Positions 13,358-26,462 of a stretch of DNA of 64,000 nt are shown here, one piece after another (the stretch's first letter is position 1; every line of letters begins with the position of its first letter). Origin of the DNA: Callorhinchus milii (taxonomy: Eukaryota); contig NW_024704742.1 of NCBI RefSeq assembly GCF_018977255.1, positions 13,642,001 to 13,706,000 of the forward strand. The letters run 5' to 3'. The notes under the pieces were generated by a model. It made no database searches and was not told the origin of the DNA. It saw only the letters and a list, made by a program, of their open reading frames with translations. The translations under genes were made by a program, and so were the position numbers.

Positions 13358-14499
13358 TGAAATTATAACATTACTTGGTAACCCACAGAAAACCTCTACA
13401 ATAAATTTCATTGTTGTTTGTTAATGCGTCAAGCTTAAAGACTAGTTTGGTCCAATATCTACGTTAGATAGATGAAAATAGAAACTAAGAATGTGAATGA
13501 AGATACAGCTTAACAATCTGAAAACTGTGTGTTGCTCTTTGAATGGGTTTTTGGTCATCTTTCCTATCCCCACCCTCCTCAAATCCCACCCTCAGCTTGG
13601 GTACCAAGCCATTATTGTTAAGTGCGTTGGACTTGATGTGAAATACACTATATAACTGTAAATTTGTATTATATTGTGTTTACTTGACACATTGAAGTTG
13701 TTGGGTCACAGACACTTCTAGAGGGCCATCTTGAGGGCCAACTAGAGACAGTTCTAGAGAGACTGACAGTGTCTCCGCATAACCCATTGGCTTGCATTCC
13801 TCACATTGCAGCTGTCAGAGAACTTCTACAAATAGCAAGTGAACACAAGCAACCACCACACCAATCAGCAAATATGCGGAAAAGTACCTCTTAGAGACTT
13901 TGAATGAAGCTTTTATATTGAATTCCACATTTGGTACTGCTCAATGTTTCACTTTTCAATTTGTAGTCAATTATAAATTCATCCTTCTACTTATACACAC
14001 ATCCCAAAGAACCAAAAAAGCCATGCAAAAGTGATCCCCTGCCATATGCTGGAGTGAATTTTATTGGCAGTGATATCGAAACTTTGCTACCCTCAGCCAA
14101 TTTCATCCCAGTTGGGCTGTGAATACGGTGATTATATAATCCAGAGTTCATCTAGCAGCCGAGTATACGTAGAATCAAAATGTTTATCTCTGCAGTAGAT
14201 ATGCACATGCAGTTCACATGTATTAATGAATAGATTAGTATTGTGGAATGAACTCAGGACATTAGGAAAGAGAACAGAGTATAAGTTACAATATTTCTTA
14301 AATGAAAGTGATTTAATAAGGAATCTAAGTTGCACAATTAGGGATTCATTCTGGCAACAACAGATTGGTCAGATAAATAATAATCCTTGCATTTAATTTA
14401 GCAATTTATCATGTCATCAAGAGTTCTCGAAATAGAAGGAAAGTAGACACAATTTACTTGTGGAGGGGAATTCTGATCAAAGTGAATTCTAATGGGATT

Positions 14500-14830
14500 T
14501 CCGATCAGGGCAAAATCTTTGACAAGTTTCCTTACTCCATACACACACACACATGCTTCTGTTTACCCATCAATAAGTGGGAACCCACTTATTAGTCGAT
14601 TGGCGGCTCGCTTTCCAGGGGTAATAATCCCTCCAAAATAATAATAATAATAATGTGGTCACTCAATCCACGACTGTGTGTGGGACACTGCTGTGCGCAA
14701 TGAGCTGCTGCGTTTCACCCCAAAACACACAGTCACTACCCTTTACAGTATATCCTGTGAAGCACTTTGAGACAGCTCGAGGATGTGATAGGGCGCTGTA
14801 TCAAATGCAAGGATTATTATTATTATTTTT
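14500..14830 (+). mobile_element. tRNA-derived SINE, long (older) variant
   Basis: caagtttccttactcc, then the extra segment ctgtttacc...ttagtcgattggcggctcgctttccagggg, then the standard 3' half and (TAT)n tail. Confidence 0.8.
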
Positions 14831-16319
14831 ATTATTTCTTATTCAGGAACATGATGAAGAAATGGTAAAGGATAACTTGGATAAGTAGACTCTCTGAGAA
14901 AAATAGTCGTGACTTTGAGAAATTATTTTGGACATTGATAGCTGAGTGATGGTTTACATTTATTGTGGCCAAAGCCTGAATGGTCCTCCTTAACATCTCA
15001 ATTTTAAACACATTATTGTGTTTGTGGACTATTTCTAGTGGACAAGGTCACAAGAGAGATTCAAGACACAGAATGTCCTTTGGCTCATTTGATACTTTCC
15101 TTCCAGAATACTAACTTGGAAATCTTCCCATTGCGACATTAAAGTGTAGTGATCAGGTGTCAACTGGACTCCGATGGGATTATTCTCACATCTGAGTGCA
15201 ATTTTGTGAGTTCAAGGCCCATGTTAGGATTTGAGTCCCAGTCCAGGCTGACATTGCAGTTCAGCTGCATTGATTCTCAGGTGAATGGTAAAGACTTCAT
15301 GAAACTAATGCATTTGTCTCAACAATCAATAAAGTTCACAGCAACTAACTGTGAAGCCCTTTGAGACTTTTAGCATAAAATATATAGTACTATAAATACA
15401 AGTTACTTCTTTCCAGTCAATAGCTTTGGATTAAGATATGTGTCACATTCAGATTTTTTAAACATTTCTCCTCTCTCTCTCTTCCAGACATTTCACAGAA
15501 TTCTGGAGCTTGTTAACTCTTTGGAGAAGACATCTTTTTTATATTCATTGGTGCAACTTATTAAGATCTTGCTTGATTTTTGTGCAGATATATTCAGAGA
15601 AGTATTTTTTACTCCCGTTTCTTAGTCAGAGAAATTATTCCTTAAATTGTCATTGAGCCAAAGAACAGATGCCTCCCACAGTCAAAAGAACTCAAGATGG
15701 TTACCCGGGGATGTCATTATACAGAGTAGGAAGGGAAGGTCAAGTAATTTTGGCCTGAAAGCCTCTTAAAGTGACTGATATCCCAGCGATGTTCCTGGTT
15801 GGTTTGTCTAATCACCCACAATATGTGGAGTATGCATTCAGTCAACGAATGTGATTAGTACATCTAAAGGTGAATAATCTACCTTTTCAGTAGTATTGAC
15901 TTAATGACCATTTTATTTCACATGCCACTGATTTCTGGCAAGTTCGGATGGTTTCATTTTGCAGGGAGCTGACATAGAGAGTTTCCTCCTGAAGTAGTTC
16001 ACCAGATGTTGTTTTTAAAGCACAGTGTGCTATTTCTATTGCAAGCAGTGATGCAGAGATGGCAGGATATAGATTGGAAGTGAGTTAATAAACTATTCAA
16101 GCATTGGAAAGGTTCACTACTCAAATGTTTATGAATCTTAGAAAAGTAGAAAGTTCAAGTCTTGCCAACCTTTCAGTATTCACAACATCTTGTAGACTCC
16201 AATGCCTTATTCAATTACAAATGTGAAATATGCCTAAAAATTACATAGTCACTGACTTTACAGTATATCCTGTTAAGCATTATGAGCACAAAGAGATATA
16301 GCGGCTTATGACAGCCTCA

Positions 16320-16450
16320 TTGGGGAGGACAAGGTTGCAGGGCTGTGGGGAGACAGCGGGGTAGTGGGATTGATTTGGCCAGCTCTTTTCAAAGAGCCGG
16401 CACTGAATGGCCTCCATCTGTGCTGTATAATTTTATGATTCTATGATTAT
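16320..16450 (+). mobile_element. CR1 3' tail
   Basis: gctcttttcaaagagccggcac...tgctgtataattttatgattctatgatt, same as 27090-27215. Confidence 0.8.
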
Positions 16451-16534
16451 CATGCCATCAAAACATCTCAAAGCGCTTCACATGATTTACTGTAGAAAGG
16501 CGGGAGTATTTTGTATTTTGCGGGAGTTCACATT

Positions 16535-16992
16535 TGCCACATTCAAGCTTGACTATGCCAACTCTCTGCTTGCCTTCACAGGCTGCAGTCTACCCAGAAC
16601 TCTACAGCCTGTGTCCTTTCAAACACAATGCTCCACAAGCCTAGCCTATCACCCCAGTCCTCACCCGGGTGAACTGGCTCCCAATCCCCCAGTAGCCTGC
16701 TTCACATCCCCCGCCCTACCTGCAGCCCCTCCATTGACACTTGGGATTTTAGACTATCTGCCCCTGCCTTCTGGAATTCCATTCTGGAGTTCCATATGAT
16801 TCGCTCCTTCCCTCATCTCCTTCATGGTCCACTTAAAAACCTTCCTTTTCGACCGCACCGTCAGATATATTCCACCTCCCCTAGGCCCCACCCCACTCAG
16901 CTTCCAGCTCAGATGCAAACCCTGAACTCTCCAGCTCCTTTAGATGTCCTTCCGATGCGAAAGGTGCTATATAAATATAATTCTGTTGTTGT
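16535..16992 (+). mobile_element. L2 LINE 3' portion, degraded
   Basis: KLDYANSLL motif, ttctggaattcc, aaaaccttccttttcgacc and an L2 tail with (GTT)n. Confidence 0.75.
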
Positions 16993-19189
16993 CCACGAAC
17001 ACAGAAGCCTCGTGTTACCTGCCTGACCTGCGCCTTCCGTTTTTGTTTCAGATTTCCAGCATCTGAATGATCAGTTTTATCTGGGGGATTGTTAGCCAAG
17101 ACACTTGGAGAAACTCCATTCTCATATTTAATAGTGCTATGAGAATTTTAATATCCACCTAAGTAGGCAGATAGGACCTTGATTTAACCTAATGTAGCTC
17201 TGATATTGCACCAAGCCCCAGGACTGCTTTGGAGTGTCAGCCTGGTTTGACAATTAGTTCAAAGTCCCAACATTGAGCTTCTGATTCAGAGGTAAGAGTA
17301 CTACCAGACAGTGTGACACCTACTTCTGCGAAAGGAACACTGCATTGTCAGAGGTCCTGCTACTCAGATGAGACATTAATCCAAGGTCCTTGTTTTGGTA
17401 GAAAGACACTCTGATGTCATAGCAGAGCTCCACTGATGGAAAAATGGTTTGATGTCAGGACATGAGACTCATTCAAAAAGCATCTTAATGCTGGGATGAA
17501 AAGATGGTAGGGGAGATATTCTGGAAAGATGATATTCCTGGAGAAAATAATGGATTGTCATAATGATATATTTTAATAAAAATAAAGTAAATTATAGACT
17601 AATTGTATAATAATGGAACATAGAAAGCATTTAATTTGTTTTTTTCTTCACCTGAAGTATTGCTGCATGGTGCTAACTATATCAGCTAATTTATAAAAGT
17701 GGCACCAGTCTTGTTAATTAAAACTGTAACTCATCTCAAGATTAGGATTTGTGAAATGTTACACAAAACTACATTACCACATTGCTGTGATAAGCATTTC
17801 CCAAGATTTCTTTCAAACAAATCAAAATAAGTTTCTATAAAAAATATTTTATATGTTCCATTTCACCTCTGAATTTCATTGAAATGCAAATTCATTTCCC
17901 AAGCTGCAGGATTCTTTTGTTATAATCAAAAAGGTTGTCATAAATGATTTAATTTCTGCAGTTTGTTTCCTTCATAATGAAGTGAGTGGAGTTCATTGTG
18001 CATACTAATAGAGCTTAAATTCATGATCGAAAATGGGAACAAGGCAACAATATAAATCGAAGTCTGCCTGATAAACAATGCTGACCTCATGATTTGACCT
18101 TTTGAACAGAACAAATGTCTCCTAAATCTGTGATTTATACTTTCATTGGCCGTGAAGACAAAAATCATCAAAGTAGCCATTCTGGGTTATGTCATTTGGC
18201 AGGATCTCAAAATGTATTCATTGGATTATTGGAAGGCCACTAAAGGTAATGATAAACAGAAGAACATGCAAACTTTTTTTTCTGGATTTTATGGTCATGA
18301 AAAATTTCTCCGCATAAAATTGCCCTCAGCATTCACACTGAAGTTGTGCTTCTAAATGAGTTTCTGGGGACTAAGTCCTGCTTATGTAGCATTTCACTGC
18401 ATTGGTTAGCTATAAAATAAATTACATGCTGTACTGTCTTGTGTAGTTTTATCAGGACAGTAAAAAATGCAGTGGCACTGCAATGTGATCAAAACCAATA
18501 AACAGAAATGCATTGATTTACCTTCCTTGTATTGCCTAGGCTGTGTTCTTAACTGGAGGTGAACTTGATCATAGGCACATTAGAGATTTGGTAACGAGTC
18601 AATTTTATTCATTGAAAATATGTATGAGGGAGTACTTTTCTAATCTGAAGAGTACCTGAGAGAGTACTTGTGCAATGTGACGACACTAAAGGAAATAAGA
18701 GAGCACTGTTGTATTAGACTCTCATCAAAATCATAAGCAACATTGGAAGTGGCAGTTTGAAAACAGTTATTCATATAATCATATAGAATCATTCCTAGTT
18801 AAATCCTAGACCTCAGCACAGCTTGCATGTGATAAATAGTTGTATCATTACGATTTATCTCAATTACCAACCACATGCTAATTCCGTGCACGCATACACA
18901 TACAGGCATATACAAACCCACACACAAAGAAAATACCAGCAACAGATATTTGGTTTTGCCATTGGCTATTATTATGTTGTACTCCAGCTCCTGTTTTTGA
19001 AGTCGCTTGGTACTGGTGTGCGGATCAATTTTCAAAACACACGCAGAAACCCATCACCATGCTTAAGAGTATCCAAACGAAACAGAACAGAGTCCTGTGC
19101 ATCCCACGTACAGATATATAGAGGTTAACATTGATGTGGTTTACATAGATTGCACAGCACATCCATGCTGATATATATGTAAGTCACAA

Positions 19190-19560
19190 GGCAACAACAA
19201 CGTTTGCATTTATATAGGGCTTTTCACATAGGAAAACATCTGAAACACAAAAACGGAATGAGAGCCTGAGCAGAGCAGAGCACGATATTTTACCCACAAA
19301 AAATAGTCAATCCACTTTAACATATCTCCTGTGAAGCGCTTTGAGATGTCTCAATTACATGATACGGCGCTGTATTAAATTCAAGGATTATTATTATGAT
19401 TATTATAGAAGGGCTAAGCAGGAGTGGCTGACGTCACAGTAAAAGGTTTTTAGACAGGTTTTGAAATTAGACAGGGAGGGAGCAAAGCAGGAGAATTAAA
19501 GGAAAGCGTTCCAGAGTGTGGGGTCAAAGTGGCTGAATGTTTACATACTGAGTGGAGAAT
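19190..19560 (-). mobile_element. L2 3' end (-) interrupted by a SINE 3' fragment (+, ~19290-19405)
   Basis: caacaacaacgtttgcatttatataggg is an antisense L2 tail; internal gtgaagcgctttgagatgtctc...ggattattatt is a SINE tail. Confidence 0.6.
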
Positions 19561-20079
19561 GTAACATTTCAGAGTGGATAGAATTTGGCAAATTGTTAAA
19601 TTCTGTTCCAATTCTGAAGCCTATTTTCTGTAGTTTCTTAAAAGCAACGAAGCAATTACAGACCTATTTAAGAATTTGATGAATTGTTGACACCCTGAAA
19701 TGCTCCGTTAATCACTCAAACCATGTGCAGATTGGAAGGGGCAAGACCGTGAAGTGGACTTGATGGGCCAGGATAAGGAATTTGAAGTCCATCTGCTGGG
19801 AGTATTTGTAATATGCAAACGAGGAAACAGCATGAAATCTGGGGGGGTGGATATGTGGTAGTAGGTGAGAAAGAAGTTAAAATTTAGAAGAACTGTTAAT
19901 ATTTATATAGAAACGTAGACTGTTAATAAGGCTTGTGGGAGTTTGTGCTACTTCGGTCTCTGCATGTGATTATTAGCAGGTGCAAGTGAATGTTAAACTG
20001 ATGGTTAAGGTTTAAAGGTTTTGATTAAGGAGTGAGTGACCAATTTTATCTGGGACCTGGACATCGGGAAAAACTCCTT

Positions 20080-20550
20080 TCTTTTTTGAAATACTGTAGT
20101 GCCATGGGATCTTGGCAGACAGGAACTCAGTTTAATGTCTCATTCGATGGAAGACACCTCTGACAACGCAGTGTTTTCCCAGCACTATAACGGAGTGTCA
20201 GCATAGATTGTATGAGTTCCAACATGGGATTTGAAACCACAACTTCCTAACTCTGAGGTGAGGTGAGGGTGCTACGCTGAGTCAGGATGACACTCCAGTG
20301 CCTTTCATGTCAGGACGGCAATGAGCTCAGACAATGCAGCAGCCCTCATTGGAGTATCAGCCTAGAATGTTCATTCAATGTCCCAATTGAACCCCCTCCC
20401 GCCCCCAACAATTTGCTTCGGATGAAAGAGTGCCGCTAACTGAGCCAGGCTGATAGTTAACAATAACAATAATAATACTTGCATTTGATATAGCGCCTTA
20501 TCACATTGTTGAGCCGTCTCAAAGCACTTCACAGAAAATACTGTAAAGTT
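20080..20550 (-). mobile_element. Cluster of SINE fragments (two Deu-type heads and one SINE tail)
   Basis: gtgccatgggatctt...ctcagtttaatgtctcat...cacctctgacaac; second head at 20330-20452; tail at 20460-20550. Confidence 0.7.
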
Positions 20551-20606
20551 AATTAACTGGTTAACAATGGAAAACAATAAATAAAGAGGAATTATCATTA
20601 ACTGAT

Positions 20607-20659
20607 AACAATGGCAGTGGACACCTTTAACTGTGTTAAAGGTGTCCACTGCCATTGTT
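20607..20659. repeat. Perfect 25-bp inverted repeat, 3-nt loop
   Basis: aacaatggcagtggacacctttaac-tgt-gttaaaggtgtccactgccattgtt. Confidence 0.97.
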
Positions 20660-21594
20660 CAGAAGTTGACAAGTGTAGTCTAGATCTTACAGAAAATTAT
20701 GATATATCTGAGCCCTGCTTGTGTCAGTTCAGCAAACATATTATCAGTCTGATTTAGATTTTTAGTGCGCTAAGGGAAATTTTCAGTCAATTAATATAAA
20801 TTTTCTAGCTATATGCACCATGGTCACAATTAATAGCAATAGAATTGCGGGAGACAATATGATGAGGAATGATGAGATGTGAATTTCACACACGTTATGC
20901 ATCTGCCCATATTTAAAGCATGTGCATGCCAGAAGGCCAGGAAAAAGTCTGTTCAGCCCATTAAGTCAGCTTTTTTGCAGGTCATGTATAATCTCCCCTC
21001 TCAAGGACTCCACTCCACTTATTTAAAATCTCCTGCGGGAATGTTCTACAACATTTCTCCCTGACTTCAAAAGCTAATTGAGCAAAACTTCAGAATATCT
21101 ATCTAATGCTACAACCTCCATTATTCAGCCTTGGATAGTTGCTTTTTATCGATGGTGCTCCCAGCAGCAAAGGAATTATCATTCTTTCTGGATCTGCCGA
21201 GCCTTTGCTTTTCCCTATAAATTTCAATTTGATTTCTAACCTGCTCTCTTCTAAACGATGAATTGACCCAGCACCAACAGCTTTTGCTGCGAGGCTATTG
21301 TAGACATTACAAAGGTGAAGTAACCGGAAATGATGCAATAAAGAGAAAGTGGTAGATATGGGTCATTCTGTGAACAGCCAAAGATCAGTTGAAGAAAGGG
21401 CTTGAAATCTCTTACAGTCCTACTTTTGAGGTTATTTACTGAAAATTGATGATTGTGTGGAAGTTTGGTTAACGGGTGAAAAATTAGGATTCACTATAGA
21501 GCTGATCATTTTTGGAGTGAATATCAGGGCAGTGTTATCTCCATTTGACCTCTGATTACCTCTCCTGCCAGTCACTTGTCCTACCTCCAAATAT

Positions 21595-22843
21595 GTATGG
21601 GTTACACCTAAATAGGGCTGGGACCAATGTCCTCGCAGTGGGGGTAACTAAGTTTAAACTAACTTTGAGTGGGGGAAGGGAATCAAGATGTAGCATTAGA
21701 GAGGACAACAAGTTACATATAAGGCTGGGAGAGACGCATGGTAATCCAGAAAAAGGAGGGTTTAGATGGGGGGAAGAAATGCAGAACAGACTAAGTTGGT
21801 CTTGGAGTGCATGTGCGTAAATGCATGGAGTGTGACAAACAAGATTGGTGAACTGTAGGCTCAAGTTGCCACATGGGGTTATGATATAGTGGCAATAACG
21901 GAGACCTGACTCAAACAAGGAGGAAATGGGAGCTGAATATTACTGGCTACAAGGTATTCAGAAGGGATAGAGAAGGAAAAAAAGGAGGGGGTGGCACGGT
22001 TACGGCTCTGGAAAGGGACGATGTGCTAGAGGGTCCAAAACCAGAATCTATTTGGTTAGAGTTATGGAGCAGAAAAGGAGCTGTTACTCTGTTAGGTATA
22101 TACTGTAGACCATCAAATAGTGGGAAGGAGATTGACGAGCAAATCTACAAGAAGATTTCAGAAAGATGCAAAACCAAAAGAGTAGTGATAATGTAGGACT
22201 TCAATTATCCTAAGATAGACTGGCAAAATAACAGTGTAAAGGGCAAGGAAGAGGAAGGATTCCTGAAATGTGTGCAGGATAATGTTCTGGATCAGTATGT
22301 TTCCAGCCCAATGAGGAAGGAAGCAGTGCTGGATCTAGTACTGGGGAATGAAGTGGGGCAAGTGGAGCAGGTTTCAGTAGGAGAGCATCTGGACAACAGT
22401 GATCACAACATCATAAGGTTTAGAGTACTTATGGAAACGGACAAGGAGCAATCAAAGATGATGATACCCAACTGGAAGAGGGCTAATTTCAGTTAGTTAA
22501 AAAGGGTCCTAGCCAAGGTGGACTGGAAAGAAAGATTGGCAGGTAAAACAGCTAATGAGCATTGGGAAGCCTTCAAGGAGGAGATAGTTCAGGGACAGAA
22601 CAAATACATTCCCACAAATGGGAAGGGTAGGGCATCCAATCCTCCCTGGATGAGTAAGGAGATTGGGATTACAATACAACAGCAAAAGGAGGCTTATGTT
22701 AAATGTCAGGTCCAAAATACAGAAGATAATCAAATAGAGTATAGAAAGTACAGAGGACAACTGCAAAAGGAAATAAGAGGGGCAAAGAGATTGTATGAGA
22801 AAAGATTAGCAGGTAACATAAAGGTATTTTCTAAGTATATAAA
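21595..22843 (+). mobile_element. Host CR1, part 1: ORF1 esterase end, APE endonuclease and linker
   Basis: GLHLNRAG (SGNH DxxH-type motif of CR1 ORF1); CVNAWSVTNKIGEL, YDIVAITET, GYKVFRRDREGKKGGG, DFNYP, LDLVL, SDHN; ends KVFSKYIK. Confidence 0.92.
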
Positions 22844-24650
22844 GAATCATAGATTATAGAATCGTACAGCACAAAAAGAGGCCATTCAGCTCATCGAGTT
22901 TGTGCCGGCTCTTTGAAAAGAGCAATGTAATGTCAATCCCACTCCCCAGCCCTTTCCCCATAACCCTGCAAACCCGTCCTCCTCAAATACCCCTCCACCG
23001 CGTTTTTAAAAGTAGTTATCGAATTGGCCTCCACCACCCTCTTAGGCAATGCGTTCCAGATTCGAACAACTTGCTGCATGAAAAAAAATTCTTCTCACCT
23101 CCCCTCTGCTTCTTTTAGAGATTATTTTGAATCTGTGACCTCGAGTCACCGACACACCCATCAGTGGAAACAGTATTTCCCTTTCTAACCTATCAAATCC
23201 CCTCATGATTTTGAAGACCTCTATTAGGTCTTCTCGTAACCTTCTCTGCTCCAATGAGAACAATCCCAGCCTCACTAGCCTTTCCTCATAATCAAGGTCC
23301 CTCATTCCTGGTACCATCCTCATAAATCTCCTCTGCACCCTTTCCAATGCCTTAACATCTTTCCTACAGTGTGGTGCCCAGAACTGGGCGCAATATTCTA
23401 ACTGAGGCCTAACCAGTGTTTTATATAGGTTAATCATAACCTCCTGACTCTTGTAATCTATGCCCCTATTTATTAAGCCTAGTATCTCATATGCCCTTTT
23501 TAAAGCTTTATCTACCTGTCCTGCCACCTTCAAGGATTCATTTACCTGCACCCCCAGGTCTTTCTGTTCTTTTACCCCCCTTAAGATTGTATTACCAGCC
23601 TATATTGCCTCCCCTCATTCTTTCTACCAAAATGCATTACCTCGCATTTCTCCACATTGAAATTCATCTGCCATATGTCTGCCCATTTTACCATTCTGTT
23701 TATGTCTTCCTGCAGTTGGCTACTATCCTTCTCACTGATACCACCCTACCTAAGTTGGTGTTGTCCTCAAACTTGGAAATGGTACATGTTATACCCCTGG
23801 TAGGAGAATCTATAACCAGGGGTCACAGTCTTAAAATTAAGGGTCAGCCTTTTAGAACAGAGTTGAAGAAACATTTCTTCACTCAGAGGGTAGTGATTTA
23901 TGGAATTCACTACCCCAGAAGGCTGTAGATGCTCAGTCCTTGAACATTTTCAAGGATGAGACTGATAGATTTCTAAAAAATAGAGGGATTAGGGGATAAG
24001 GGCATAGGGCAGGTAATTAGAGTTAGGTCAAAAGATCAACCATGATCTTATCGAATGGCGGGGCAGGCTCGGGGGGCCGAATGGCCTACTCCTGCTCCTA
24101 ATTCTTATGTTCTTATGTTCTATTCCCAAATTTATGTATATTAAGAAGAGCAGTGGTCCTAATACCAATCCCAGGGGGACACCACTGTACATTTCCCTCC
24201 AGTCAGAAAAGCAGCTGTTCACCACAACTCTCTGCTTTCTGTCTCCCAGCCAGTTCTGGATCCATGATGCCATTGTCCCTTTTATACCATGGTTTTCTAT
24301 CTTTCTGACAAGTCTTTCATGTGGAACTTTGTCAAATGCCTTTTGAAAGTCCATATGAACTACATCAACTGCACTACTTTTATCCACCCTCTCCGTCACC
24401 TCATTGAAAAATTCTATTAGATTTGTTAGACAAGATTTGCCTTTAACAAATCCGTGTTGGCTGTCCCTAATTAACCCATATTCTTCTAAGTGAAGATTTA
24501 TTCTGTCCTGGATTACAGTCTCCAGGAGTTTCCCCACTACTGACTGGCCTCTAGTTCCCAGGTTTGCCCTTCTGTCCCTTTTTGTTCAGGGGAGTCACAT
24601 TGGCCATTCTCCAGTCCTTTGGTACCACCCCTGTCCAACGAAGATTGAAA
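22844..24650 (-). mobile_element. CR1 LINE, 5'-truncated, inserted antisense in the host CR1
   Basis: [83 protein letters not shown]; 3' tail at 22844-22920. Confidence 0.95.
23790..24120 (+). mobile_element. CR1 3' fragment (different subfamily) inserted in the antisense CR1
   Basis: PLVGESITRGHSLKI..KHFFTQRVV and tail cctactcctgctcctaattcttatgttcttatgttc; the host frame YINLGIE|..TISKFEDNT is split here. Confidence 0.9.
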
Positions 24651-25594
24651 AATTGTAAAAAAAGGTTAGACAAAGATAGGGTGGGTCCAATTAGGGACCA
24701 AAGAGGAAATCTTCTTGTGGAGGCAGAGGGCATGGCTGATGTACTGAATGAATACTTTGCATCTGTCTTCACAAAAGAGAAGAATGCAGCCAATGCACAG
24801 TATCGGAGAAGAGGGTAAAGAAATTGGATAAGATAAGAATAAACTAAGAGGAGGTACTAAAAATGTTGTCGGTGCTCAAGGACTAAGTCACCCGGTCCGG
24901 ACGTGATGCATCCTAGATTACTGAGAGAAGTAAGGGCCACATCTTTCAATCCTCCTTGGACACTGGGGTGGTGCTAGAGGACTGGAGGGTTGTAAATGTT
25001 ACTCCCCTGTACAAAAAGGGGCAGAAGGATAAACCCAGGAACTACAGGCCAGTCAACCTCACCTCAGTAGTGAGGAGACTTCTAAAGACTATAATCCAGG
25101 ACAAAATAAATTTTCACTTAGAAAAATATGGGTTAATAAAGGACAGCCAACACGGATTTGTTAAAGGCAAATCATGTCTAACAAACCTGATAGAGCTTTT
25201 TGATGACGTAACGGAGAGGGTGGATGATGGTAGAACAGTTGAGGTAGGTTATATGGATTTTCAAAAGATGTTTGATAAAGGGCCACATAAGAGATTTGTA
25301 AGCAAAATCCAAATACAGAACTGGCTGGGAGACAAAAAGCAGAGAGTAGTGGTGTACAGTTGTTTTTCTGACTGGAGGGAAGTGTGCAGTGATGCCCCCA
25401 GGGATCAGTATTGGGACCACTGCTGTTTTTGATCTATATAAATGACCTGGACTTTGGTATAGGGAATACAATTTCCATGTTTGCAGATGATACTAAGCTA
25501 GGAAAATAGTAAACAGTGAGGAGGATAATAGCAGACTTCAAACGGACAAAGACACGTGGCAGATGAAGTTTTATGTAGAGAAATGCAAAGTGAT
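24651..25594 (+). mobile_element. Host CR1, part 2 (RT domain)
   Basis: [73 protein letters not shown]. Confidence 0.93.
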
Positions 25595-26462
25595 GTCTGA
25601 CATCAAGTCCTGGATGAGGGATAACTTTCTCCAACTGAACGTCAGCAAGACTGAGGCCCCCTGATTGGCTCACGCCAGCGCCTCCGCACCTCGGTCACTG
25701 GGAGCATCAGCATCCACGACTGCACACTCAACCTCACTAAGCCAGTCAGGAACCTGGGTGTCTTGTTTGACCCTGAACTGTCCTTTCTCCCCCACACTAA
25801 GCCAGTCAGGAACCTGGGTGTCTTGTTTGACCCTGAACTGTCCTTTCTCCCCCACATCTCCCCCACATCCCCTCAGGCTGCCGAAACCCTTACCCACGCA
25901 TTCGTCACATCGATTACGGAAACTCCCTCCTCATCGGCCTTCCCAACTCTTCCCTTCACAAGCTGCAGATCATTCAAAACTCTGCAGCTTGTTTACTCTC
26001 GTGCACCAGGCTCTGTGACCCTATCGCTCCCACTCTCACCCGACTCCACTGGCTCCCCATCCCTCAGAAGATCAAGTTCAAGATCCTCGTCCCCACTTTC
26101 AAGGCCATTCTAACTCTCTGACTTGCTGACTCCCTACGAATCTGCCCGCTCCCTCGTTCAACAGGCTCCGGTCTGCTCCATGTCTCCCACTACCATCAGT
26201 GGCCGGGCTTTCAGCCTCTCTACCCCCACACTCTGGAACTCCATCCCACCATCCCTTCGCCTCGCTTCCTCCCTTGCCTCCTTCAAGGCCGGTCTCAAGA
26301 CCCTTCTCTTCGATCGTGCCTTTGGTCGCCCTCCAACCTCTCTGCCTTCCCTCACCCCTGTACCACCCCTCCCCCATGCTCGGGTCCCGACACCTGACTG
26401 TTCAGCACTTTGGGACGTCCTCCCAACGTGAAAGGCGCTCTATAAATGTAATTTTGTTATTG
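25595..26462 (+). mobile_element. L2 LINE 3' portion inserted in the host CR1
   Basis: SDIKSWM..NFLQLNVSKTE, PVRNLGVLFDPELSF, L2 tail; CR1 gaaatgcaaagtgatg|atttgagaggaagaatgagg rejoins across it. Confidence 0.93.
25735..25856 (+). repeat. Perfect 60-bp tandem duplication inside L2
   Basis: cactaagccagtcagg...tcctttctccccca occurs twice (25735-25794 and 25795-25854). Confidence 0.97.

Noticed and set aside
17920..18245. Kinase-like phrase DLISAVCFLHNEVSGVHC
   Set aside because: Followed by stops, with no HRD/DFG or other subdomains; consistent with chance.
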